A DNA stretch of 64,000 nt, taken from the UHGV virus genome UHGV-0242533. The stretch is one strand, 5' to 3'. The notes beneath the pieces are model-generated. The model had not been told where the DNA came from. It saw only the letters and a program-made list of their open reading frames with translations, and ran no database searches. The first letter of the stretch is position 1; every line of letters begins with the position of its first letter. Position numbers and translations under genes: made by a program. This document shows positions 28,649-38,002 of the stretch, piece by piece. This DNA is from a virus.

Positions 28649-29748
28649 CAACTGTAGCGCAAACTTTTGGATATCGAGAAGGTCGTTTAACTGAGGCGCA
28701 TAGTTCAATTGCACTTCAGTGCGGTGTCGGTATTGAACTTGAACTCGAAGGTTCTGAACATATCGAAGCAGATATGTGGGATTGCACAGAGGATGGTTCC
28801 CTGCGTAACGGTTGTGAAATGGTATGTTCACGACCTTACAACGGACAGGAGTTGTTAGACGCTATCAACAACCTGAGTGAAGCAGTAGCTGAATCGCACG
28901 CCGAGGGGACTTGGCGTTGCTCTACTCACGTTCATATGGATATGAGGGATGCTGATAGTAATATCCTCAAGAAGACCATCCTTGCTTGGACCTTCTATGA
29001 AAAGATGCTGTTCAAGTGTTCAGGCTACCATCGTTACCGTAGCAATTTCTGCCCTGCGTTTGCAGTGGTACAAGCACAGGTAATGAATGCCTCTGACGCA
29101 TTTAACTACGATGGTGAAGAATTCTTCAACCGTCTGGTTCGTTCATGGGATAAATATACATCTCTGAACCTTCTGCCACTTGCCCAATACGGTTCAATTG
29201 AGTTCCGTATCAGTGAGCCTAAGTGGAAACGTGGTCAACTTCTCAATCTGGTTAACCGCTTCTTGATGTTGAAGAAGCTGGCTTTAGATAACGCAGATAT
29301 GAGCAATGATCAGTTTATTGAGCACTTAAATACTGTACGATTTGCCCCAATGCTTCCCTACCTTCCTCTGGATTACAATCTGGATGAATCTGATTTGCAT
29401 TCAGGATATTGTATGGCCCGTGATGTTTTGTATTGCCGTTCTCATGAAGTAGAACAGTCTGGTCGTATTCGTTTACGTAGAACTAACTCCAACGGAGATG
29501 TTCTTGTTGACTTACGTCATATGTCAGACTTCTACGGATTCCTTGGATATGTCCGAGGGAACGCTAACAATTTGTACCAAGAGATTCTGGTTATGCTTCG
29601 TACAGCAGACCTATCTCAAGTAAGACACGCTCCAGAACAGCGTATCCGTGCTATTTTTGACTTACTGCGTGAGTCAGGTCACAGTGATAGCAATATCACA
29701 GGGTACATTCCAGACCATCTGGAAAATCAGTTAGAGCAAGCGCTGTAA
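28645..29748 (+). CDS. Putative amidoligase / carboxylate-amine ligase, 367 aa
   Basis: GIELELEG and STHVHMDM motifs, parallel to the upstream ligase-like protein; weak. Confidence 0.35.
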   Translation: MTTVAQTFGYREGRLTEAHSSIALQCGVGIELELEGSEHIEADMWDCTEDGSLRNGCEMVCSRPYNGQELLDAINNLSEAVAESHAEGTWRCSTHVHMDMRDADSNILKKTILAWTFYEKMLFKCSGYHRYRSNFCPAFAVVQAQVMNASDAFNYDGEEFFNRLVRSWDKYTSLNLLPLAQYGSIEFRISEPKWKRGQLLNLVNRFLMLKKLALDNADMSNDQFIEHLNTVRFAPMLPYLPLDYNLDESDLHSGYCMARDVLYCRSHEVEQSGRIRLRRTNSNGDVLVDLRHMSDFYGFLGYVRGNANNLYQEILVMLRTADLSQVRHAPEQRIRAIFDLLRESGHSDSNITGYIPDHLENQLEQAL

Positions 29749-29827
29749 TCAATGGGTGCCTCTGACAAAGGGGCACAATTTAAAGGTTAATTAGATGAAA
29801 GGGTTTACCCTTCAGGTGGATTAGAAA

Positions 29828-31858
29828 ATTTGTGGCATCGTATTAGCTGGCGGTAATCTGTCAAGCACTGATTTAGACGTATTCAACCAACTCTTTTATG
29901 CTGGAGTATTCCGAGGACAACATTCCTCCGGCATCTTTGGTCAGCGTAAAAGCACTAAGGAAGTCTTCACTTATAAAGAAGCTCTTCCTTCTTTCGCATT
30001 CATCCTACAAGATGAGTACAAGAAGCATACCACTGGTGAAACAGCTTACACTGTAGCACCTTCATGGATTGTTGGTCACAGTCGTCATGCAACGAAAGGT
30101 GCAGTTAACGCCAAGAACGCCCATCCTTTCCAACATGGTAACATCACTCTGGTTCATAATGGAACCTTGATGGACCAAGACCTGTTACCTGACAGTAAAA
30201 ACTTCGAGGTAGACAGTGAGAACATCTGCCACTCTATTAACACTATTGGTGCAGCAGAGACTATTCAAAAGCTGGATGGTGCTTTCACCTTAATCTGGCA
30301 TGATGCTTCTGATAACCGTCTTCATATCATCCGTAACGAAGAGCGTCCATTCCATCTCGCACGTTGTAACAGAGATTGGTTTGGTGCTTCTGAAGAAGAC
30401 ATGTTGATGTGGATTCTGAAGCGTTCTAGATCTCACAAGAACCGTATTGATGAGCATTTTGAATGTAAAGTTGGTACAGAATATATCTTTGATATGTCAA
30501 ACAACAGCATGACTCTGGTTGAAGAGGTCGCCCACGAGCTTCCGGTTTTTACGGTAATCAATCGTTGGGGCAATTACTACTCGAACAACTACAGCCAAAG
30601 CAACTATCAAAGTTCCTCAAAAAGCAATACAAGCAATCCTTACGACACGAAGCCGGGAGTGACAGCGGCAGACGTTCGTCGAAGAAACGCAGTGGTAAGT
30701 CAAAACAAAATCGCAAGCGATCGAAACATTGATATTCGCCGTGATATGACTGTGGAAATCACACCACATGAGTTTGTTCCTTATGCAGCTGCTGGTGCTG
30801 TTCCTTCTCGTGGTAAGATGATCGGTTATATCTACGATGAGAAGTCTCAAGAGTATATCGAAGGTGATGTTCATAATGTAGACATTAAGGCTTATCAGGA
30901 TGCACTGAAAGACCCTAAAATTGTTTACCGTGGAACAGTATCCTGCATCTCCGAAGTTAATGCTATGGTTCGTTTAGTGATCACAGCAGGTCGTTTTGTT
31001 GACCCATCTCTGGAGAAAAAGGAGCCTGAGTCTACTACTGCTGACTTTGATGATGATATCCCTTTTGACATGAATGATAGTTTCGTCAACAAGAATGGCG
31101 TTACTATCACTCGTAAATTCTGGGAAGCACACTCTCATGGTGACTGTGGTGGTTGTGACAAACACATTGATTGGAAGGACGCACCTAAAGCAGTCTTCGC
31201 ATATCAGTGCTACTGGCATCCTGAATGTCTGGAAGGTTTGACTAAACCTAAAGAGGAAGAAGAGGAGGAAACTCCTATTGGTGTTTGTGAAATCTGCGGT
31301 GAAGTTAAAACAGAGAATGAGTTCGATGATGAACTTAGTCGTCTTCGTGGTGAAGATATCTGTAAAGTCTGCGCTGTAGAAGTAAAGAAGAAAGTATCTA
31401 ATGCTACGATCAAAGATGGTTATGTATGGATTAAAGCAACAGATACAACAAACGCCCGTCGTCCTGAATTTGCTTTACGTGTAACTGAAGATATGATTGG
31501 TCGTATGACTGTATTACCTTCCTCAGCGAAACAGACAGGCATCACTCTGGAGGATGTTGTTGATGCTTATGTTGAGAAACGTAGCAACAGTATTTTTGCA
31601 ATCTCAACTAAGCCAAAAAAGGAGGAACCTGCTGAGAAAGCAGGTGTGTTTCCTGAATCACGAACAGCTCTCCGAAAAACTGTTGTCAGCTTCGACGGAA
31701 ACCGAAGCACTGACTTCACCAAAGCCATGTGGTCAACCCTCGGATACTGCTCAGAGTGTTTTAAGCAGATTCCGTGGCGCGATGCTGAAAGTTGTACGCT
31801 TGGTTCTATGAATCAAGTTTATTGTAATTCTCCTAAATGTTCATTGAATAGAGGTTAA
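29828..31858 (+). CDS. Class-II (Ntn) glutamine amidotransferase domain fused to C-terminal multi-zinc-ribbon domain; probable AUU start
   Basis: Translation from 29828: (I/M)CGIVLAGG...FRGQHSSGIFG...VGHSRHATKGAVNAKNAHPF...ITLVHNGTL, matching PurF/GlmS-type motifs. An in-frame TAG at 29822 leaves ATT as the only start that exposes the Cys; SD AGGTGGA is 7 nt upstream. C-terminal half has several CxxC pairs. Confidence 0.7.
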   Translation: MCGIVLAGGNLSSTDLDVFNQLFYAGVFRGQHSSGIFGQRKSTKEVFTYKEALPSFAFILQDEYKKHTTGETAYTVAPSWIVGHSRHATKGAVNAKNAHPFQHGNITLVHNGTLMDQDLLPDSKNFEVDSENICHSINTIGAAETIQKLDGAFTLIWHDASDNRLHIIRNEERPFHLARCNRDWFGASEEDMLMWILKRSRSHKNRIDEHFECKVGTEYIFDMSNNSMTLVEEVAHELPVFTVINRWGNYYSNNYSQSNYQSSSKSNTSNPYDTKPGVTAADVRRRNAVVSQNKIASDRNIDIRRDMTVEITPHEFVPYAAAGAVPSRGKMIGYIYDEKSQEYIEGDVHNVDIKAYQDALKDPKIVYRGTVSCISEVNAMVRLVITAGRFVDPSLEKKEPESTTADFDDDIPFDMNDSFVNKNGVTITRKFWEAHSHGDCGGCDKHIDWKDAPKAVFAYQCYWHPECLEGLTKPKEEEEEETPIGVCEICGEVKTENEFDDELSRLRGEDICKVCAVEVKKKVSNATIKDGYVWIKATDTTNARRPEFALRVTEDMIGRMTVLPSSAKQTGITLEDVVDAYVEKRSNSIFAISTKPKKEEPAEKAGVFPESRTALRKTVVSFDGNRSTDFTKAMWSTLGYCSECFKQIPWRDAESCTLGSMNQVYCNSPKCSLNRG

Positions 31859-31860
31859 GT

Positions 31861-32094
31861 ATGGAAATTCGTAAGATGATGCTGGATAATGTTGTAACTA
31901 CTCGACGTATCCCGATGACGAGCACAGGATGTGACAACCTTCGTGCAATCCAGAAGTGGATGCAAGCTGGTATTGGTCAAGTACTTGAAACACAGGTTGA
32001 GGTTCCTTTCCCAACGGTGATCAACAACGTGCTTGCTGATTATGTAAAAATCAAAGGCATTAAGGTAGAACCTCATGTCAAATCTGGTTCCTAA
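31861..32094 (+). CDS. Hypothetical protein (77 aa)
   Basis: ORF track. Confidence 0.45.
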   Translation: MEIRKMMLDNVVTTRRIPMTSTGCDNLRAIQKWMQAGIGQVLETQVEVPFPTVINNVLADYVKIKGIKVEPHVKSGS

Positions 32095-32299
32095 GAAACC
32101 AAAGATCACTCTCCTACAGTATTACATGGGAGTTCATATCGAATTAGTAACGGAGCAGCGAAAGCTGTATCCGTTCGCTTTCGGTCTGATTGATGCACCA
32201 TCCGATGAAGTAGAGAACGATGCGTTCAACGACTACTTCGAAATTGAAGCTCAGATTCAAAAAACTCGTAACGAAATTCTTAAACTTAAAGGTATCTAA
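32075..32299 (+). CDS. Hypothetical protein (74 aa)
   Basis: ORF track. Confidence 0.4.
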   Translation: MSNLVPKKPKITLLQYYMGVHIELVTEQRKLYPFAFGLIDAPSDEVENDAFNDYFEIEAQIQKTRNEILKLKGI

Positions 32300-32301
32300 C
32301 A

Positions 32302-33495
32302 ATGACTACTCGTATCCGTGTTCTTCCTTATGGTCCTTCTGATTCAGTTCGTGAACTTACTTCTGCAATTAACACTAAGATTCAGGAACTTCGCTTAAAC
32401 GCTAACGTAATGTCTCTGGTATCAGAAGGCTCTCGTTATCGTTCTCGAGTTGGTGATATTGTTGTCAACTATGGAAACCGTCGATACAATGATTCTTTCT
32501 TTGGTGGGGCAACTGTATTGAACTCTGTGGTTGCCTTGAACCGAGCAGCTAATAAGATTGCAGCATTTAACGCATTGCGTTTAGCTGAAGTTAAAACTGT
32601 TGAATACACCACTGATCGTGAATTAGCTCTGAACTGGAACCAGAACGAAATTGTTTACGAACGTGCAACATTAACTGGTCACTCTGGTGAAGGTATCACT
32701 GTTCGTCTTCCGACAGAAGGTGTTGCAGATGCCCCTCTATACACCAAAGGTATTCAAGGCCCACGTCGTGAATGGCGTGTTCATGTATTTGAAGGTGTTA
32801 TCACTTACGTTCAGAAGAAGATTCGTCGTAATGGATACCGTGATCTGTCAACCTATCGTGAAGACATTCGCAATCACCATACTGGTTGGGTTTATTCCTC
32901 AAACTTCCAAGATGCACCACCTCCTCAAGTATTGATTCAAGCTCACAAAGCTGTAGAAGCTCTTGGATTGAACTTTGGTGCTGTTGATCTAATAAGCAAA
33001 GTTTCTAACGCTTGGGTTCTGGAAGTAAATACTGCTCCTGGGCTGACTGGTACAACTCTGGAAACTTACACTCATAATATTGTTGAGTTTGTTAAGAGCT
33101 TCTCTGGAGTTGATCCTGATTATCGTGTTGCTTACGAACTGCCTGTTGAAGAAGTGGAAGAGTTTGCTGAATCAGCAGATGACGAGAACTTTGCATTGAC
33201 AGCTGAACCAGTTGTTGAAGAGTCTTCGGAGCCTGTTCCTGAAACAATGCAAGTGGAAGAACAAGGGTTAGAGATCAACCCTGTCACCCGTCGTACTTTA
33301 CGTCGTGGTTATTACATCGCTAATATCAAGCACCCTGAGAATGGTTCAACTGTAGCAAGTAATGTGATCTTGTTCTTCTGTGGTCGTAACTTCTACCGCT
33401 CTGGGTGGAACGCACCGATTAGTGATCGCCAGCTTGGTCGTGTGTTGCAGATTAACAGTCTTACTCTGAATGATGGCACTGTTGTAAACTACTAA
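32302..33495 (+). CDS. ATP-grasp family ligase (397 aa)
   Basis: C-terminal motif AWVLEVNTAPGLTG (ATP-grasp E-x-N signature) plus RimK-like core. Confidence 0.6.
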   Translation: MTTRIRVLPYGPSDSVRELTSAINTKIQELRLNANVMSLVSEGSRYRSRVGDIVVNYGNRRYNDSFFGGATVLNSVVALNRAANKIAAFNALRLAEVKTVEYTTDRELALNWNQNEIVYERATLTGHSGEGITVRLPTEGVADAPLYTKGIQGPRREWRVHVFEGVITYVQKKIRRNGYRDLSTYREDIRNHHTGWVYSSNFQDAPPPQVLIQAHKAVEALGLNFGAVDLISKVSNAWVLEVNTAPGLTGTTLETYTHNIVEFVKSFSGVDPDYRVAYELPVEEVEEFAESADDENFALTAEPVVEESSEPVPETMQVEEQGLEINPVTRRTLRRGYYIANIKHPENGSTVASNVILFFCGRNFYRSGWNAPISDRQLGRVLQINSLTLNDGTVVNY

Positions 33496-33501
33496 GGATA
33501 T

Positions 33502-33750
33502 ATGGATATGTTTTCATTGGAAGATCTAGTACAAAATGGAATGATGGAACAAAAAGAGCCTCTTATTGTAGGCTCTCGTAAAGAGTTGCGTAAATTGTGC
33601 GAGGAGTGGGGTATTACTAATCAGCGAATGGTTGGTAATCAATTCTCTGCAATTGTAACTTTCCTAAAACGTGGTGATAAATACTCTATGGAATGTGTAG
33701 AACGTATCATCACTGAAGCACAACAAGACAAAGGAGTAACATATCTATGA
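33502..33750 (+). CDS. Hypothetical protein (82 aa)
   Basis: ORF track. Confidence 0.45.
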   Translation: MDMFSLEDLVQNGMMEQKEPLIVGSRKELRKLCEEWGITNQRMVGNQFSAIVTFLKRGDKYSMECVERIITEAQQDKGVTYL

Positions 33751-33932
33751 ATAAGTATAAAGTTCTGTTTAAAGATACCAATGCCGCTGGTGAAATGCGA
33801 GCTATGGACCTAGATGCTGACATGTTTAACTTCTCTGATGGCAAAGTGGCCTTCTTTCAAGGAAGTGAAGCCGTTGCAGTGTTTGAGAGTGCAGCAATCT
33901 GTGGTGTAATCAAAATCTTTATTACAGAGTAA
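33747..33932 (+). CDS. Hypothetical protein (61 aa)
   Basis: ORF track; overlapping start/stop. Confidence 0.4.
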   Translation: MNKYKVLFKDTNAAGEMRAMDLDADMFNFSDGKVAFFQGSEAVAVFESAAICGVIKIFITE

Positions 33933-33986
33933 TCTGCTTTAGCCTCTTCGAAAGAGGGGGCTAGTTTGGATAAACTGGAGAATATA

Positions 33987-34166
33987 TGAAACTTTTTGAT
34001 GAAAAACACAAAAAGCAAATGGAAGACAACTCTAAGAAGTTGGAATCCAATCTTCGTAAACGTGTAGCCCAAGGCTCGGATGGTTCTCTGTTCGGAAATA
34101 TCGGATACTCTTTTGCCAAGAATCTTTTACATAGTATGGAAACCAGAAAAGTGATAAAGAAATAAA
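33987..34166 (+). CDS. Small hypothetical protein (59 aa; below cutoff)
   Basis: ATG with upstream purine-rich region; own translation. Confidence 0.3.
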
Positions 34167-34224
34167 ACAGTTTTCTTTATCTACAACTCATGAACAAATT
34201 ATTTAACATAGAAAGGTATTTAAA

Positions 34225-34644
34225 ATGTCAGAAGTAATTTACGTAGCAACTTATGGTTCTCTTCGTCGTGGTCAAGCTAACTATTTAGTTAATGATCGAG
34301 CTGGTGCTAAGTCTATTGGCGAGGGTTGGACTGAAGATAACTTCGATCTGTTCCGTTACGGTGGTTCCTACTTCCCGAGCATCTCTCTCGCACACAGCAA
34401 TAGCAATAAGCCTGTTCGTGTAGAAGTGTTTGCTACTGACAAAGCAGGTCTGGAAGGTCCATATGACCGACTGGAAGGTTACAACAAACGTAGCCCTGAA
34501 GACAGCTTCTATCAGCGTACTCAGATTGCTGTTAAGATGGACTCAGGTGAAACTGTTATCGCTTGGATTTATCACATTGACGAAGAACAAGATGTTCTGG
34601 TCGAATCTGGCGACTGGTCAGAGTATCTGAAAAGTGAATCTTGA
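34225..34644 (+). CDS. Gamma-glutamyl cyclotransferase-like (AIG2/GGCT fold) protein
   Basis: N-terminal YVATYGSLRRG motif and size of about 140 aa. Confidence 0.55.
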   Translation: MSEVIYVATYGSLRRGQANYLVNDRAGAKSIGEGWTEDNFDLFRYGGSYFPSISLAHSNSNKPVRVEVFATDKAGLEGPYDRLEGYNKRSPEDSFYQRTQIAVKMDSGETVIAWIYHIDEEQDVLVESGDWSEYLKSES

Positions 34645-34837
34645 GAAAAGACAGGCTCTTCGGAGACTTGAAGCCAAGTATTTAATGCTACGGTGCAAAA
34701 TCAACCGACATGAACGTTTCGTTGAAGCTGCACAATCTAAAAACTTTGAATCATCAGTGGAGATGTTCAAGACCCAACTTTCTTTTTATAGGAAAGAACA
34801 GGAACAAGTGTGGGATGAAATTCGTTCGTTCTACTAA
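34634..34837 (+). CDS. Hypothetical protein (67 aa)
   Basis: ORF track. Confidence 0.4.
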   Translation: MNLEKRQALRRLEAKYLMLRCKINRHERFVEAAQSKNFESSVEMFKTQLSFYRKEQEQVWDEIRSFY

Positions 34838-34863
34838 GCTCAAGGATTCCAAGGAGGAAGAGC

Positions 34864-36354
34864 ATGTCAAAGATCATTTTGGGAGACACAGGTTGTAAGG
34901 AATGTATCTCTCATGGTCGTGATAAAACCCACAACCACATGATTCTCTTCCGTAACGAAGAGACAGGTGAGGAGTGGGGGAGTTGTAACCGTTGTGGGAA
35001 TTACGAAGTGTTCGAAAAGGGCACTACACCTACTCCAAACGAGAAGAAAGAGCTATCCCCTGAAGAGTTAAGAGAAGTCTTAGACGATTGCTTAGAGCTT
35101 CCTCAGGGTGAACTTACTCGACGTTTAATCCCTAAAGCCGTATCAGAGCGTTTTGAGTGTCGAATTGGTCTAAGTCAGACTGATGGTCAGACTCCAGACA
35201 GCTACTTCTTTCCTCGTGAACGTGATGGAAACATTGTCGGTTATGAGGTTAAGCTGCTTGACAGTAAGAAGTTCTATTACGTTGGCAGTGTGAAAGAAGC
35301 AGATTTATTTGGTATGGCACAGGCTCAGCGTGGAGATGTGTACAACAAGAAGCTGTTCATTTTTGAAGACCCGCTATCCTGTATGTCAGGTTTCCATGTC
35401 CTTACAGCTTTTACAAATGCAACAAACATTAAACCAGCATGTGTTTCTTTACCGTTCGGTGCAGGTTCAATCTCTTCTGTGTTGTCTCGTAATCGAGACT
35501 TCGTAAATGGTTTTGAGGAGGTTGTGCTCTGCATGGACAATGACGATGCAGGTGAGATAGCTTTAACAAAAGGTCGTTCTTTATTCCCTCATGTCAAGTT
35601 TGCTCGTATTCCTAAAGGAACCTTCCCATACAACGGTGTGGAGAAAGAGATTAAGGATGCGAATGACATGCTTCTGTCTGGTCGTGGTCAGGAGTTATTC
35701 AACATTCTCAAGTATTCAGCAAAGCGAGAATCTCCTGCTGGCGCTGTAACAATCTTTGATTGCCTTGATGATGCTCTGAAGAAAGCGGAGTGGGGTATTC
35801 CATATCCGTGGAAGACTCTGAATGAGATGACCTTTGGTATTCGATGGGGAGAGGTGGTAGCAATCGGTGGTGGTGTAGGTAGTGGTAAGACACTAATTGC
35901 TCACGAGCTGGTTGCTCATCTGTGCTTAGAGCATGGTTTTAATGGGGGTGGCTTCTTCTTGGAAGAGAAGGTAGGCATGTCTGTTAAGAACATCGCTGGT
36001 AAGTCAGCATCAATTCCTTTCCACCGACCTGATGTTGAATATGATGAGGAGGATTTGCGTAATGAAGCACTTCGTTATGCAGACAAATTCTTCTTGTATG
36101 ACAACTTCGGACAGAATGAATGGGAAGACATTAAACAGTGTATCCGTTTCTGGGTAGTTGAAAACCAGTGTAAGTTCATCATCCTTGATAACATTACCGC
36201 TCTGGTATCTCATTTAACACCTTCAGAGATTAACACTGAAATCAGTAAGATTGCTTCAGAGCTTGCTGGTATGTGTAAAGAGTTAGACTTTACCGCTTTC
36301 GTTCTATCTCACCTTAATGCTCCGGCAGGTGGTGCTCCTCATGAAGAGGGTAAG
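34864..36354 (+). CDS. T7 gp4-like primase-helicase, exon 1
   Basis: Zn-ribbon CKEC...CNRC, Toprim-like VVLCMDNDDAGE, Walker A GGGVGSGKT; ends at SHLNAPAGGAPHEEGK then stop, matching the T7 gp4 H3 region. Confidence 0.75.
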
Positions 36355-37147
36355 TAACAAGCCCTCTATAAATTCTGTGAACTCAGGGGAACTCTAGAAC
36401 AGACAATCCTGAGCTAAGCCTAGTAATAACCCTCCTATAAGGAGGTAATATGAAACAGTATCTTGGAAAATATACGGTTCATAAAGATGGACGAATAATC
36501 AGTCACTATAACGGGAAGCCTTTAACCATCTCTCTTTACAAACCAAATAAACAGGGTAAGAAGATTGTTTATCCTAGAGTTAGGCTCTGTATTGACGGGA
36601 AAGGTAAATGGTTTGCACTACACAGGATTATAGCTGAATGCTATATCCCAAATCCAGAAAATCTTCCACATATAAACCATAAAGATGGAAACAGATTGAA
36701 TAACTCTGTTGAAAATCTTGAATGGTGCAGTCATCTACAGAATATACGGCATGCCCAAGAACACAACCTCAACCCTAAAGGAGAGAGGCAAGGTATTGCA
36801 GTTGCAACTGAAGAGATTGTAAGGAGAATTAGAAGTTTAAGAAGGGGTGGTATGTCTTATAAAGATATCGCTGAGCTTGTTAAACTTAAGAGAAGAACAG
36901 TCGAAGCTATTGGTTCTTATCAAAACTGGAAACACATAGAGTGAGTGGTTATTACTAGGAAAGTGCAACGACTAGGGTGGGCGTAAGCCCGAAGTACAGC
37001 CAAGCGGTGTCATTAACATTGACTTAAATGGAAGCGCAGAACCTTCAAATTGAAGTGAAGATATAGTCTGGTCTACATGGGGACATGTAGCAGTTCAGAG
37101 ATAGAACCTGAACGGGGTGTGATTAGCGATCACATCTGAACACAACG
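36352..37147 (+). mobile_element. Putative group I intron carrying an HNH endonuclease ORF (boundaries approximate, +/- 3 nt)
   Basis: Helicase frame interrupted by a stop; the downstream in-frame segment continues the gp4 homology; U at the 5' junction and G at the 3' end fit group I splice-site rules. Confidence 0.55.
36450..36944 (+). CDS. HNH homing endonuclease (164 aa), intron-encoded
   Basis: HINHKDGNRLNNSVENLEWCSHLQN motif; strong SD taaggaggt. Confidence 0.75.
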   Translation: MKQYLGKYTVHKDGRIISHYNGKPLTISLYKPNKQGKKIVYPRVRLCIDGKGKWFALHRIIAECYIPNPENLPHINHKDGNRLNNSVENLEWCSHLQNIRHAQEHNLNPKGERQGIAVATEEIVRRIRSLRRGGMSYKDIAELVKLKRRTVEAIGSYQNWKHIE

Positions 37148-37450
37148 GGACAGGTACGTGAAGTACAGTTCACTGGCTCTCGTTCTCTTATGCGTTGGTG
37201 TCAGTGTATCATTGGCTTTGAGCGTGACAAGCAAGCTGACGGCTTAGCTAAGAACCTCTCAGTCATTCGATTACTGAAAGAACGTAACTACGGTCAGACA
37301 GGTGTTTGTTATACTAAGTATATCAGTGAAACCGGTAGACTTGTAGAAAGGGAAGACTTTGAAGTTGATGAAGATAATCCATTCGTTTTAACTAACGGAG
37401 AGGATGCAGCTTCTCTCGTCAACCAAGCAGATGGAGCTTCACCGTGGTAA
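37148..37450 (+). CDS. Primase-helicase exon 2 (C-terminal helicase segment and acidic tail)
   Basis: In-frame translation from about 37148: [29 protein letters not shown]...[15 protein letters not shown]...YISETGRL..., colinear with the T7 gp4 C-terminus. Confidence 0.6.
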   Translation, partial: GQVREVQFTGSRSLMRWCQCIIGFERDKQADGLAKNLSVIRLLKERNYGQTGVCYTKYISETGRLVEREDFEVDEDNPFVLTNGEDAASLVNQADGASPW

Positions 37451-38001
37451 AGAAAAAGAAGAAAGTGTTTGCATTCGATATCGAGAGTAATGCACTGTAC
37501 GATGACATAACTAAAGTATGGTGTATTTATATCTTTGATGTTGAAACTGGTGAAAGGTGGGGCTATCGGCCTCACCAAATTGAAGATGGGATTCATAAAC
37601 TTACAGAAGCAGATGTGCTCGTGGGTCACAATATTATTGACTTCGACCTTTGTGCTCTGAAGAAAATGTATCCCAATCTAATTGAATATCGTTTTAACGT
37701 CTTTGACACTTTATGTCTTAGTCGATATCTTAAACCTGACCGTATTGGTGACAGTCCTGAGTATCCGAAAGGCGACCCTAGACATGGCCCAAGAGGTCAT
37801 GGCTTGAAGCAATGGGGTGAGTTCTTAGGGGAACTTAAAGGTGATTACGGTGAGCAAGAGGAAGCATGGGATGCTTTCACTGAAGATATGTTTACTTATT
37901 GTGAACAGGACGTTAACTTAACTGTTAAGGTTTATCTTTTCTTGTGTGAACTCACGGGATTTGACCCTTACGACCCACCTTCATTATATTGGAAAATGTA
38001 A
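37444..38001 (+). CDS. DnaQ-like 3'-5' exonuclease domain protein, separate from the polymerase gene
   Basis: Exo motifs FAFDIES, HNIIDFD, YCEQDV. Confidence 0.6.
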   Translation: MVKKKKKVFAFDIESNALYDDITKVWCIYIFDVETGERWGYRPHQIEDGIHKLTEADVLVGHNIIDFDLCALKKMYPNLIEYRFNVFDTLCLSRYLKPDRIGDSPEYPKGDPRHGPRGHGLKQWGEFLGELKGDYGEQEEAWDAFTEDMFTYCEQDVNLTVKVYLFLCELTGFDPYDPPSLYWKM

Positions 38002-38002
38002 A

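Noticed and set aside
30617-31413. Minus-strand ORFs inside the amidotransferase gene (30617..30874, 30925..31110, 30974..31219, 31210..31413)
   Set aside because: Antisense to a gene with clear conserved motifs.
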